Source of the DNA: an uncultured Pirellula sp.
GTDB taxonomy: Bacteria; Planctomycetota; Planctomycetia; Pirellulales; Pirellulaceae
Direction: 5' to 3'
Assembly: GCA_903920425.1 (NCBI GenBank)
Contig: CAIXME010000247.1
Coordinates: forward strand, 1-46,124
Length of the DNA: 46,124 nucleotides
Positions within the stretch are counted from its first letter, which is position 1. Each line of letters begins with the position of its first letter. Below the pieces are notes generated by a model. That model saw only the letters and a program-made list of their open reading frames with translations, had not been told where the DNA came from and made no database searches. The translations under genes and the position numbers were made by a program. Shown piece by piece: positions 28,212 through 37,503 of this stretch.

Positions 28212-28565
28212 ATGCGTTTGATTACTGTAACCCGCTGCTTGGCAATCGGATTGCTCGCAATGGGCGCGATTGGACTGAGTGGATGCAACGGCAAGACAAC
28301 GTCCGATGGCGCAAAAACGACGACCGCGTCTGACGTGGATCACAGTCATGGTGGCTGGTGGTGCGTCGAGCACGGTGTACCGGAGAGTGAATGCGCCCGA
28401 TGCGATTCAACTTTGGTCGCCAAATTCAAAGCGGCCGGAGACTGGTGCAAGGAACACGATCGCCCAGAGTCGCAGTGTTTCCTCTGCGGTCCAAAGCGAT
28501 TCGAGAAATTTGCCGCGACTTACGAAGCAAAAACCGGACACAAGCCACCAAAACCTGCTGAATAG
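28212..28565 (+). CDS. Lipoprotein made of two WC-x-EH-xx-PES-x-C-xx-C repeats
   Basis: Lipobox LSGC; WCVEHGVPESECARC and WCKEHDRPESQCFLC. Confidence 0.85.
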   Translation: MRLITVTRCLAIGLLAMGAIGLSGCNGKTTSDGAKTTTASDVDHSHGGWWCVEHGVPESECARCDSTLVAKFKAAGDWCKEHDRPESQCFLCGPKRFEKFAATYEAKTGHKPPKPAE

Positions 28566-28682
28566 ATCCAGTACGAATCATTGCAAAATCGCGGTCCTGC
28601 CGAGGAGTCCTAAATGGCCGCATTTTGCATGATTCGAAAGCTAAACTTATGTTTTTTTCCACCCAATGAAAGGATTCTGAAA

Positions 28683-29024
28683 ATGCACCGTGTTTCCCTA
28701 TGTCTCTTGTTCGTTTTGGCAACGACTGCTATCGCGATCCAGCCATCCGAGGCATTAGCTGCGAATACGAAAGGTTCAACGACGATTACCTTGAAAACGC
28801 TCGACTGCGAGAGTTGCGCCAAGAAGATTGCTGCAAAGCTGTCTGAAGTGGAAGGCGTTGATTCGGTCAAAACGGATGTCAAGTCGAAGGTAGTTGTCGT
28901 GACTCCAAAGAAGAATTTAGGATTGTCGCCGCTACAGCTATGGGAAGCGATCGAGAAAGCAGGCAAGGAGCCCGTGAAACTGACTGGCCCTGGTGGAACT
29001 TTCACATCAAAACCAAAGAAATAG
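28683..29024 (+). CDS. Exported HMA-domain metallochaperone (MerP-like)
   Basis: Signal peptide (ALA), LDCESC, HMA fold pattern. Confidence 0.85.
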   Translation: MHRVSLCLLFVLATTAIAIQPSEALAANTKGSTTITLKTLDCESCAKKIAAKLSEVEGVDSVKTDVKSKVVVVTPKKNLGLSPLQLWEAIEKAGKEPVKLTGPGGTFTSKPKK

Positions 29025-29121
29025 TGGTTGTCACTGCGTGCATCCTTCGTCCTGTGCTTCACAGGGTGAAGGGTGTACGAGTGCGTCCGTTCGGAGTGCT
29101 TACATTTTGAGAATCCTAACT

Positions 29122-29598
29122 GTGCAAAGAAACTTCTCGCGATTTGCATTTCCTCAAACCGTTTTGGCTATAACGTTATCGCTTTGCCAGTTTGGATGTG
29201 TGAATCGTCAGGAAAAGTTATACACCGAACAAGATTCTTCACCTCGCGTCGAACCTCTTCAACTCACCGACCGGACGTTTCAAGACACGATCAGAGGAGG
29301 TGATCAACTTGTGTTGGTCGACATGTGGGCACCATGGTGTAGGCCATGCATTCGAATGAAACCTACGATTCAAGAGCTTGCCCAGCAATTGACGGGTAAA
29401 GTAATTGTTGCTGAATTGAACGTCGATCAAAACCCATTCATCAAGGAGAAGTATCAGGTCAACCACTATCCAACGGTATTGATTTTTAGTCGAGGGATCG
29501 AAGTGAAACGACTCATTGGTACTCAATCCTCAAGCATCCTTCTCGATGCCTTGGAGGCTGCAAAGATCGTTGACGATGGTATAGGCATCGAGAGATGA
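29122..29598 (+). CDS. Exported thioredoxin-family protein (start uncertain)
   Basis: VDMWAPWCRPC, cis-Pro YPT; hydrophobic segment ending QFGC. Confidence 0.85.
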   Translation: MQRNFSRFAFPQTVLAITLSLCQFGCVNRQEKLYTEQDSSPRVEPLQLTDRTFQDTIRGGDQLVLVDMWAPWCRPCIRMKPTIQELAQQLTGKVIVAELNVDQNPFIKEKYQVNHYPTVLIFSRGIEVKRLIGTQSSSILLDALEAAKIVDDGIGIER

Positions 29599-29638
29599 TG
29601 CCGACATTGTGGACAAATCAACAAGAGAAGCATACTTT

Positions 29639-31762
29639 ATGAAACTGCAATATTATATTAAGGGAATGGACTGCGCTGAAGAAGTTGCGCTTTTGAAGCG
29701 TGAACTTGTTCCACTGGTTGGAGAAGAATCGATAGCTTTCGACTTGCTCAATGCAAAGCTTACGGTAACGACGAATGATTCAAAGATTGGACAACGTGAG
29801 ATCGTGGAGGCGATCGCGAGAAGTGGGCTAAAGGCAGTACGCTGGTCAGCAAAGTCTGAGACGACAGTCGATTCGTATTGGACTAGGAATCAACGAACGC
29901 TTTTAACGTTTGCGAGTGGACTGGCTGGACTGATTGGATTTCTGATCGAGTGGCTTGGAAGCGGGACTACAAACCTTGCTTTGTTATGGTTCGCAAACGC
30001 CTTTTATGCGGTTGGGATCTTGGCTGGCTGCGGTATGGTCTTTCCTAAAGCATGGCAGTCTTTGGTATCTCAACGACCGGACATGAATCTTCTAATGACG
30101 GTTGCTGTCATCGGTGCGGCGGCGATCGGTGAATGGTCCGAAGGAGCTACGGTCGCCTTTCTGTTCTCTCTGTCGTTACTGCTGGAATCATGGAGCGTTG
30201 GGCGTGCTCGCAATGCCATTAGCAAGCTGATGGACCTCAGTCCGCCGATGGCCAATGTCAAGCTACCGGATGGTCGATCGAAAGAAGTAGCCCACACCGA
30301 AGTCGAAGTGGGTTCCATCGTCGTCATTCGCCCCGGCGATAAATTGCCGCTGGATGGTAAAGTCGTATCGGGTGCAAGCAGTATCAACCAAGCATCGATC
30401 ACCGGCGAAAGCGTGCCTGTCGAAAAGAAGCTGGGCGACATGGTCTTTGCGGGAACGGTCAATGGTGATGGATTGTTCGAAGTGCAAACGACCAAACTAG
30501 CCGAAGATACGATGCTGGCTCAGATCATCAACATGGTCGGCGATGCCCAGTCAAAACGTGCTCCTTCGGAGATGTGGGTCGAGAAGTTCGCCGCGATCTA
30601 CACACCGGCCGTTATGATCGCGGCGCTCTTGATCTTTGTCATTCCGCCAACATTTTTTGGCGGCTGGTGGTCGGATTGGTTTTATCGATCCCTGGTGTTG
30701 TTGGTAATCGCTTGCCCGTGTGCGCTGGTGATCTCTACGCCGGTCAGTATCGTCGCGGCGCTTGCTTCGGCTGCAAAACACGGTGTGCTCATCAAGGGAG
30801 GGTTGTATGTGGAAATCCCGTCGCGGTTGAAAGCGATTGCACTCGATAAAACTGGAACCATTACGCAAGGCAAACCAACGGTCGTAGAAATCGTCCCGAT
30901 GAACGGACATGACGAAACCGAACTGCTTATACGGGCGGGTGCTCTTGAGCAAAGCAGCTCGCATCCTCTTGCCCAAGCGATCCTCGCCGAAATCTCGAAG
31001 CGAGGGCTCGCGCTTCCGTTGCCTGAACAGTTTGAGATCATTCAAGGCAAGGGGGCACGAGGCACCATCGATGGCAAAGCCTATTGGCTAGGTTCGCATC
31101 GCTATCTTGAAGAGCGCGGTCAAGAAACGCCCGAGGTTCACAATCGGTTGGAAGCTTTGCAAAACGCCGGTCGCTCGATCGTCGTGGTAGGCAATGACGA
31201 GCATGTTTGCGGGTTCATTGCGTTGGGTGATGCAATTCGCGAGGAAAGTGTCGAAGCCATCAAGGAACTTCACCGGCTCGGGATTGAAAAGGTCGTAATG
31301 CTGACGGGCGACAATGCGGGGACAGCGCAAGTGGTCTCAAAAGCAGTCGGCATCGACGAAGTTAAAGCTGAATTGCTACCGGAAGACAAGGTAAACGCAG
31401 TCGCCGATTTGGTCTCGCGATATGGACAGGTCGCCATGATCGGAGACGGCGTGAACGACGCACCAGCATTGGCGAGAGCTTCACTAGGAATTGCGATGGG
31501 TGCCGTCGGTAGCGACGCGGCGATCGAGACCGCCGATATCGCCTTGATGTCGGATGAACTGGCCAAGGTGCCATGGCTGATTGGTCATTCCAAACGAACG
31601 ATGCAAATCATCCGTCAGAACATCATTTTTTCCCTTGCCGTCAAAGCAATATTTGTTGCGCTCACATTGATGGGAACATCGTCGCTGTGGGGAGCTATTG
31701 CCGCCGATACGGGTGCATCACTGTTGGTTGTCGCCAACGGGCTGCGATTACTCAAAGCGTAA
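29639..31762 (+). CDS. zntA: Zn/Cd/Pb-translocating P1B-2 ATPase
   Basis: GMDCAEE N-domain, TGES, CPC, DKTGT, HP, GDGVNDAP, Lys in TM7 and Asp (ADTG) in TM8. Confidence 0.93.
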   Translation: MKLQYYIKGMDCAEEVALLKRELVPLVGEESIAFDLLNAKLTVTTNDSKIGQREIVEAIARSGLKAVRWSAKSETTVDSYWTRNQRTLLTFASGLAGLIGFLIEWLGSGTTNLALLWFANAFYAVGILAGCGMVFPKAWQSLVSQRPDMNLLMTVAVIGAAAIGEWSEGATVAFLFSLSLLLESWSVGRARNAISKLMDLSPPMANVKLPDGRSKEVAHTEVEVGSIVVIRPGDKLPLDGKVVSGASSINQASITGESVPVEKKLGDMVFAGTVNGDGLFEVQTTKLAEDTMLAQIINMVGDAQSKRAPSEMWVEKFAAIYTPAVMIAALLIFVIPPTFFGGWWSDWFYRSLVLLVIACPCALVISTPVSIVAALASAAKHGVLIKGGLYVEIPSRLKAIALDKTGTITQGKPTVVEIVPMNGHDETELLIRAGALEQSSSHPLAQAILAEISKRGLALPLPEQFEIIQGKGARGTIDGKAYWLGSHRYLEERGQETPEVHNRLEALQNAGRSIVVVGNDEHVCGFIALGDAIREESVEAIKELHRLGIEKVVMLTGDNAGTAQVVSKAVGIDEVKAELLPEDKVNAVADLVSRYGQVAMIGDGVNDAPALARASLGIAMGAVGSDAAIETADIALMSDELAKVPWLIGHSKRTMQIIRQNIIFSLAVKAIFVALTLMGTSSLWGAIAADTGASLLVVANGLRLLKA

Positions 31763-32407
31763 TGCTACCAAAGATACTGAAATGCAAATCCATGGGACGT
31801 CGACGTAGATTGCGAGATAACGCTCCAACCTTTTTTTCCGGTATCGGTTTGTTGAATCGCTGAAGCGGATTGAAACACAATGGCTCAATCAAGGCCGATT
31901 TGCGATGTATCGTGCGCATCGTCGTTGACGCGAGAGAGTGGCCCAAACGCAGAGACAGCATACTATCCTGTTTTTTTCCATGTTTCGTCCGTCATCTTCG
32001 CCGCCGTTATGAACGGTCGAGCAGACATAAATGCGTGGCCGCTGACGCCGTTATTTATTTCGAAGCGGATGCCAATTGGCTGAGTGTCCTGTTTCGTATG
32101 GTCGAGATCCGCCCGTCAACCGTTGGGTGGCGACCAGTGGTGCTGCGCCGACGAAAAAGGCGCTCATCGAACGCTCGCCACACATGCCCTCACCAGCCAG
32201 TGTTGCTGATTGGCAAGTAGAATCGCAATAGCGATCTGCGAGTGAAATTAGGAAAGCCTGGTAAGATGAGCACAAACAGCAAAGAATTTTAGAATCAAAG
32301 AGATGTTCCAAACTGATGACTGACTTCGGGCATGCCGAAGAAGATGAGAGAAATGTTTCTCGCACCAGAGGGACAAAAGACTTCCTACCTAGCAAAGGAA
32401 TGCTGGC

Positions 32408-32821
32408 GTGTTTTATCGGTCACTGGGATTATCGCGATGGCTTACAGCTTGGATGCTGATATGCTTTATTGCGCCCCAGGACGTTTGTTTGTCTTGCTTG
32501 GTCACGCGGCTGGCGGCGAGCGATCGCGTGGAAGACACCTATTGCGATTGCTGCGGCGTTGTTGGTGCAATGGATGAGACTGGCGATGATTACGGATCGC
32601 CTATCCAAATTCCATATGATGATTCCAATTGCCCATCATGCATCATGAAGAGCATGGGGATTATTTTGAATCCTGCCGTTGAGGTCCAACGTCAGCCCGA
32701 AGAATTCAGTGCGTTCTCAGGCGTACTGAGCTTCGAAGCAGTAGCTTTCGGTTGCAGACTTGTGGAATCCGCAAACAGCCCGCCTTCAGACTCGCATCAG
32801 GTCTTTCATCTGCGCATTTGA
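32408..32821 (+). CDS. Cys-rich leader-type protein L3 (hypothetical)
   Basis: Hydrophobic N-terminus, CLSC, CDCC, CPSC; ends SPPSDSHQVFHLRI; upstream of TolC. Confidence 0.65.
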   Translation: MFYRSLGLSRWLTAWMLICFIAPQDVCLSCLVTRLAASDRVEDTYCDCCGVVGAMDETGDDYGSPIQIPYDDSNCPSCIMKSMGIILNPAVEVQRQPEEFSAFSGVLSFEAVAFGCRLVESANSPPSDSHQVFHLRI

Positions 32822-32890
32822 GCGGAGCCTCACTGTATCAACGTTTTATGGTGTGAGCGATTGTCTTGATGTTGGCTGGATGTGGACAAA

Positions 32891-34399
32891 ATGAAAAACA
32901 ACCTCTTTTATTTAGCAGCCGCCTTGTTGGCCGGCTGCGGCGGATGCGCGTCAGATAACCATCGTCGATCAATGGATCGACGATCCACACATGCCTCGCA
33001 TGTCACGCCGGCAAAAACCCAAACGGCGATATCGAGAAGTGACCTATCGCCTTTGGCAGAACCGGCGGTGATACCAGCCAGTGGGTTGTTGGACGATAAC
33101 GCTTCGGGCGAAGGCAACGCAGTGGTCGCAGCCGTGGATACGATTCCACAAAACACGCCGATCGAGCCGCCGTTGCCTACATCAAATGGCATGACGTTAG
33201 AGCAGTTAGTGACTCTTGCGCTCGATAACAATCCCGCCGTGAAAGAGCTTGCGGCTACGACTCAAAAGGCGGCTGGATATCGAACACAGGTCGGCCTTTA
33301 CGCGAACCCTACGGTCGGCTACCAGGGACAACAGCTTGCTGATCGTGGGACAGACCAACATACCATATTTGCTGAGCAAGAATTCGTAACTGCTGGAAAA
33401 CTCGAGCTCAATCGTCGCGTTCAAAACGAAGCGTTGCGAGCTCAATTGCAAGAACTGGAAGCTCAAAAGCTGCGGGTGTCGACCGATATCCAGACTCTTT
33501 ACTATCAGGCCCTTGGTTATCAAAAACAGCTTGACTTAATCAAGGAATTTCGCGCCTTGATGGACAAGGGTTTTGAGCTGGCTCAACAGCGATTGAAAGC
33601 GGCCGAAGGGTCGAAGATTGATGTTTTGCAAACCAAAGTCCAACGTAATGAGATTGATCTTGCATATCGACAAACCCAAGCTCGCTACGACGCAGCCTGG
33701 CGGGAAATCGCGGAAACTGCCGGTATGCAAGGACTCACGCCAATGCCACTGGTCACCGAATTTCCATTGACGTCCGAAACGATGAGCTGGGATAGTGTGG
33801 CATCGACCATAGTTGCTTCCAGCCCAGAGTACGCAGCGTCCCAGGCTAGGATCAGCCAAGCACGGGCGGAACTCGCTCGACATGGAGTTCAAGCGGTGCC
33901 CAATGTTACGACTCAGTTTGGTGCAGGGTACGATAATGGCACGGACTCGGGCATGATGAACTTGCAAGTTGGCTTACCGATTCCAGTCTTTAATAAGAAT
34001 CAAGGGAATATCGCAGCCGCAAGGGCAGAATACTGCCGAGCTGTGATGGAAGCCAAACGGATCGAGAATGCGATTCGAGCTAGGCTCGCCATCGTTTCAA
34101 GCGATTTCGAGACATCGTTGGAAGCGGTAAATGTTTATGGAGCGGACATTCTACCCGGTGCCAAAGAGGCTTTGACGCTCGCGGAAACGGCTTACAAAGC
34201 CGGCGAGATGGATTTCATCCAATTGTTGGTTGCGCGGCGAACGTACTTCGAATCGAATCTTCAGTATGTGAATGCTCAATCGCAACTTGCTTCGGCGCGA
34301 GCCAAAGTTGATGGCTTCGTTCTCTCAGGATCTTTGGACGCGGTTATCGATCGAAGCGGCAGTGATTCGCTTCGCGGATTGACGTTCGGACAGAAGTAG
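32891..34399 (+). CDS. czcC: TolC/CzcC-family outer membrane efflux lipoprotein
   Basis: Lipobox LAGC; ALDNNP, LPIPVFNKNQGNI, YKAGEMDFIQLL. Confidence 0.9.
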   Translation: MKNNLFYLAAALLAGCGGCASDNHRRSMDRRSTHASHVTPAKTQTAISRSDLSPLAEPAVIPASGLLDDNASGEGNAVVAAVDTIPQNTPIEPPLPTSNGMTLEQLVTLALDNNPAVKELAATTQKAAGYRTQVGLYANPTVGYQGQQLADRGTDQHTIFAEQEFVTAGKLELNRRVQNEALRAQLQELEAQKLRVSTDIQTLYYQALGYQKQLDLIKEFRALMDKGFELAQQRLKAAEGSKIDVLQTKVQRNEIDLAYRQTQARYDAAWREIAETAGMQGLTPMPLVTEFPLTSETMSWDSVASTIVASSPEYAASQARISQARAELARHGVQAVPNVTTQFGAGYDNGTDSGMMNLQVGLPIPVFNKNQGNIAAARAEYCRAVMEAKRIENAIRARLAIVSSDFETSLEAVNVYGADILPGAKEALTLAETAYKAGEMDFIQLLVARRTYFESNLQYVNAQSQLASARAKVDGFVLSGSLDAVIDRSGSDSLRGLTFGQK

Positions 34400-34466
34400 T
34401 TGAAAGTTGAGCGTTGAAGGTTGAGGGCAAGGACGCGTCTCAGCTCTAAACCTTCAACTGTCAACT
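34399..34466. repeat. Palindromic heptamer repeat array
   Basis: GTTGAAA GTTGAGC GTTGAAG GTTGAGG, then four degenerate inverted units (34439-34466). Confidence 0.75.
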
Positions 34467-34607
34467 TGACGACATCAATGTCAAAGTGATGACGACCGTG
34501 ATTGCAGAGAGTTGGCAATCGGCTACGATTGAGCCAAAACACTTGCTTTTCAACAAATTTCTGGTTCATCGACGATTGGTACGCCTCTTGCGACTGATGC
34601 TAAGCAC

Positions 34608-34637
34608 TGGAAGCGATTTCTTGCTTCCAACATCCCT
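34608..34637 (+). promoter_or_regulatory. Degenerate copy of the ECF motif, TGGAAG-N16-ACATCCCT
   Basis: GAAG and CATCC at the correct spacing, 25 nt before ATG 34663. Confidence 0.4.
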
Positions 34638-34662
34638 TGGTGGTGCTTTGAGGAGCAATCGA

Positions 34663-35013
34663 ATGAAAACACTCTACGGTTTGGCGGTCTTTGGTTTGGT
34701 GTTGTTGTTCTCCACGACTGACGCGAAAGCTCAATATCCTTCGTACGGCGGCTATGGCCAAAGCTACGGCGGACATCACTGGCATGGTGATCATCACGTC
34801 TCGCTGCCGCAAAGCTATGTTCAAGGCTATGGTAATGGCATTTCAGCTTACGGCTTCAATAGCTCGATTCCCCAGCAGTACAGCAGCAACTACGCCTACC
34901 CGCAGGCAGGCGTTCCTCAGGTTTCGTCGTTCTATTCCAACAACTATTACGTTCGCCCAACGCATTCCCATCACAGTTGGCATCCAGGGCATTACTTGTT
35001 CGGACACCACTAA
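34663..35013 (+). CDS. Secreted low-complexity Tyr/Gly/His-rich protein
   Basis: AGGAG RBS; signal peptide AKA-Q; GGHHWHGDHH and HSHHSWHPGHYLFGHH. Confidence 0.8.
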   Translation: MKTLYGLAVFGLVLLFSTTDAKAQYPSYGGYGQSYGGHHWHGDHHVSLPQSYVQGYGNGISAYGFNSSIPQQYSSNYAYPQAGVPQVSSFYSNNYYVRPTHSHHSWHPGHYLFGHH

Positions 35014-35026
35014 GATTCGGAACAGA

Positions 35027-35068
35027 AAATGGGGAATTGAGAATGGGGGATTGAGAATGGGGGATTGA
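35027..35068. repeat. Tandem repeat, 3 x 14 bp (heptamer-based)
   Basis: AAATGGGGAATTGA GAATGGGGGATTGA GAATGGGGGATTGA. Confidence 0.8.
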
Positions 35069-35217
35069 GGAATTCGCTAAACGCCAATCAACGACAAGCA
35101 CTCAACGTCCCAGATTTTGAGTCAATTTGCAGCCTTTGGCCGTCCGATCAATATAGCAGTCGTACGGTGGATTTGGTACGATCAGACGATTGAGTCGTTT
35201 ACTTCAGAGACTAGTTT

Positions 35218-35706
35218 GTGTTCGCAGCAGCAATTCATTACCTTACGCTCTTCGCCTTCTCCGTACATGCGGCGATGGGCTGCTGCGCTCACCACCATCA
35301 TCATGCCGAGACTGATGCTTGCTATGCAGTCCATGCACAGGACGCTTGTCACCACGAGAATGATGACTCAAAGATCCAAATAGAGGCTGGAGGTCACGAA
35401 GGCTGTTGCCACCACGGGCAGATCGAAACTCACGGAAATGAAGGTGACAATGAGCATCAAGATCAATCGCCCTGTGATGGTTCACACGATTGCGACGAAC
35501 CAGGCTGCAACTTCATCGCTGCTACACCGGAAACGCTCGACGTCGTATCATCGTTCACCTGGGTAGTCGCTTACGTCGGTGAGCAGTCGTTATTGTCCCA
35601 AAGCGTATTGGTTGGAAATACCTTTGGCGTCCAGCGACGCGACCAATGCGTGTTGCCTGGGAGCTCACGTGTCCATTGCATTCTCATGCAATCCTGGCAG
35701 ATTTGA
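35218..35706 (+). CDS. His/Cys-rich leader-type protein L4 (hypothetical)
   Basis: Hydrophobic N-terminus, GCCAHHHHH, GCCHH, CDGSHDCDEPGC; ends SRVHCILMQSWQI. Confidence 0.8.
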   Translation: MFAAAIHYLTLFAFSVHAAMGCCAHHHHHAETDACYAVHAQDACHHENDDSKIQIEAGGHEGCCHHGQIETHGNEGDNEHQDQSPCDGSHDCDEPGCNFIAATPETLDVVSSFTWVVAYVGEQSLLSQSVLVGNTFGVQRRDQCVLPGSSRVHCILMQSWQI

Positions 35707-35983
35707 TTTCTTTCTATCGTTACAGTGCTCCTGTTTTAGCTAGCCCACGCTAACTTTCGAGCGCTATCTTCGAAATCAGCAAGCTTGATCGTCCCGTGGA
35801 CTTTCGTTCTGAATCACATTGATGCGGACGAGCCTTGGAGACGTCGTTCGAGCAAGTACAACCGTGAATTAGCTTTTCGCCAGTGCGATCGCTAGCCACG
35901 ATTCAACAGATTCCATTTACAACCTGATGTCGTGTGAACCGCGCCTTGGCACTCAGGAAATCTGCGGCTAGGAGAAAAACCAA

Positions 35984-37489
35984 ATGAGATGGATTGTTGC
36001 CAGACTCAACACGAAGAAGACCCTAGGTATGGCCAGTGTTTTGGTGGTGATCGCCTTGGGAGCGACGTACTCACTATGGTGGCCGACTTTCTCAAGCTTC
36101 ATCGATCGCACGCTACAGCAGCGGCGTGCCGTGAATGCACCAGTTGATGAACATGCCGGCCATGACCATGGTGCTGAAGGTCACGAGGATCACGCTGGGC
36201 ATGATCATGCTGCACACGACGAAAGCACGGCCCTCGAATTGAACGCTCAAGCGCTCAAAAATCTTGGGCTGTCCAGTGACTATTTGAAGCCAATCGAGCT
36301 CAGCGACTACAAACGCACGATAACGATCCCTGCTATCGTCGCCGCAAAGCCAGGACGAACACAAATTCGAGTTTCGTCACCGCTCAGTGGGGTGGTGACC
36401 CATGTTCATGCTGTTACTGGCGAAGCAGTTACTGCAGGGACTCTACTCTTTGAAGTCCGATTGACCTATGAAGATTTGGTCGACACGCAAACCCAGTTCC
36501 TTAAAACGCTTAGCGAGCTTGATGTCGAACGACGCGAGATCGCCCGATTGGAAGAAGTGACCCAATCGGGAGCTATCTCGGCGAAGACTCTGCTAGAGCG
36601 AAAGTATTCAAGGGACAAAACGGAGTCGTCACTTGCCGCTACCCGTGAAGCACTCAAGCTTCACGGACTTTCTGCGGCACAGATCGCAACCATTGAAACC
36701 GAACGCAAATTACTTCGTGATCTTGCCATTGTGACCCCAGACATTGATTCACATGACAAGACCGAAGAAATGCGATTGAGTCGATTACCTTTCCGGCCTG
36801 TGTCGTTCCAAACCGAGCAAGCACGTCGACCGGACCTCACGTCGCGCCCACTCATCATAGAGGACTTGAAGATCCAAAAAGGGCAAGGCGTGATGTCAGG
36901 CGAAATGCTTTGTTCTTTGTCCGATTTTTCGCAGCTCTACATTGAGGGTCAGGCGTTTGAACAAGACGCACCGACAGTCACTCGAGCGGCACAGAATGGT
37001 TGGATGATCGATGCGATCGTTCAATCGACTTCAGGACAGGAAGTTGTCCAAGGACTAAAACTGGCTTTCGTCGGCAACTCAGTTGATCCAGCCACTCGAA
37101 CGTTATCGTTCTTCGTTGAACTTCCCAATCAAATACTCCGCGATGATACCAATGCCGACGGCCAACGCTTTCTCACTTGGAAATTCCGGGTTGGACAAAG
37201 GCTTCAATTGCAAGTCCCAGTAGATGTCTGGAAAGACCAAATTGTTCTTCCAGTCGATGCAGTGGTGAAGGACGGAGCCGACTGGTATGCCTTTCAACAA
37301 AACGGAGATCACTTCGATCGAATCGCTGTGCATGTCAAGCATCGCGACCAATCCTCGGTAGTGATCGATAACGACGGCGTGCTCTTCCCTGGTGACGTTG
37401 TGGCTTTGCGAGCCGCCCATCAATTGCAGATGGCTCTCAAGAATAAATCAGGCGGTGGTGTTGATCCTCACGCCGGGCACAACCACTAG
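35984..37489 (+). CDS. RND periplasmic adaptor with His-rich termini
   Basis: N-terminal TM, HAGHDH repeats, SSPLSGVV, VDPATRT, C-terminal DPHAGHNH. Confidence 0.88.
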   Translation: MRWIVARLNTKKTLGMASVLVVIALGATYSLWWPTFSSFIDRTLQQRRAVNAPVDEHAGHDHGAEGHEDHAGHDHAAHDESTALELNAQALKNLGLSSDYLKPIELSDYKRTITIPAIVAAKPGRTQIRVSSPLSGVVTHVHAVTGEAVTAGTLLFEVRLTYEDLVDTQTQFLKTLSELDVERREIARLEEVTQSGAISAKTLLERKYSRDKTESSLAATREALKLHGLSAAQIATIETERKLLRDLAIVTPDIDSHDKTEEMRLSRLPFRPVSFQTEQARRPDLTSRPLIIEDLKIQKGQGVMSGEMLCSLSDFSQLYIEGQAFEQDAPTVTRAAQNGWMIDAIVQSTSGQEVVQGLKLAFVGNSVDPATRTLSFFVELPNQILRDDTNADGQRFLTWKFRVGQRLQLQVPVDVWKDQIVLPVDAVVKDGADWYAFQQNGDHFDRIAVHVKHRDQSSVVIDNDGVLFPGDVVALRAAHQLQMALKNKSGGGVDPHAGHNH

Positions 37490-37503
37490 GAAGGAACCGA
37501 TTC

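Noticed and set aside
31763-32400. Several short ORFs after zntA
   Set aside because: No recognisable motif, RBS or consistent frame; may be decayed sequence but cannot be supported.
34399-35068. CRISPR or mobile-element repeats
   Set aside because: Units are 7/14 bp with no unique spacers, and there is no cas or transposase gene.
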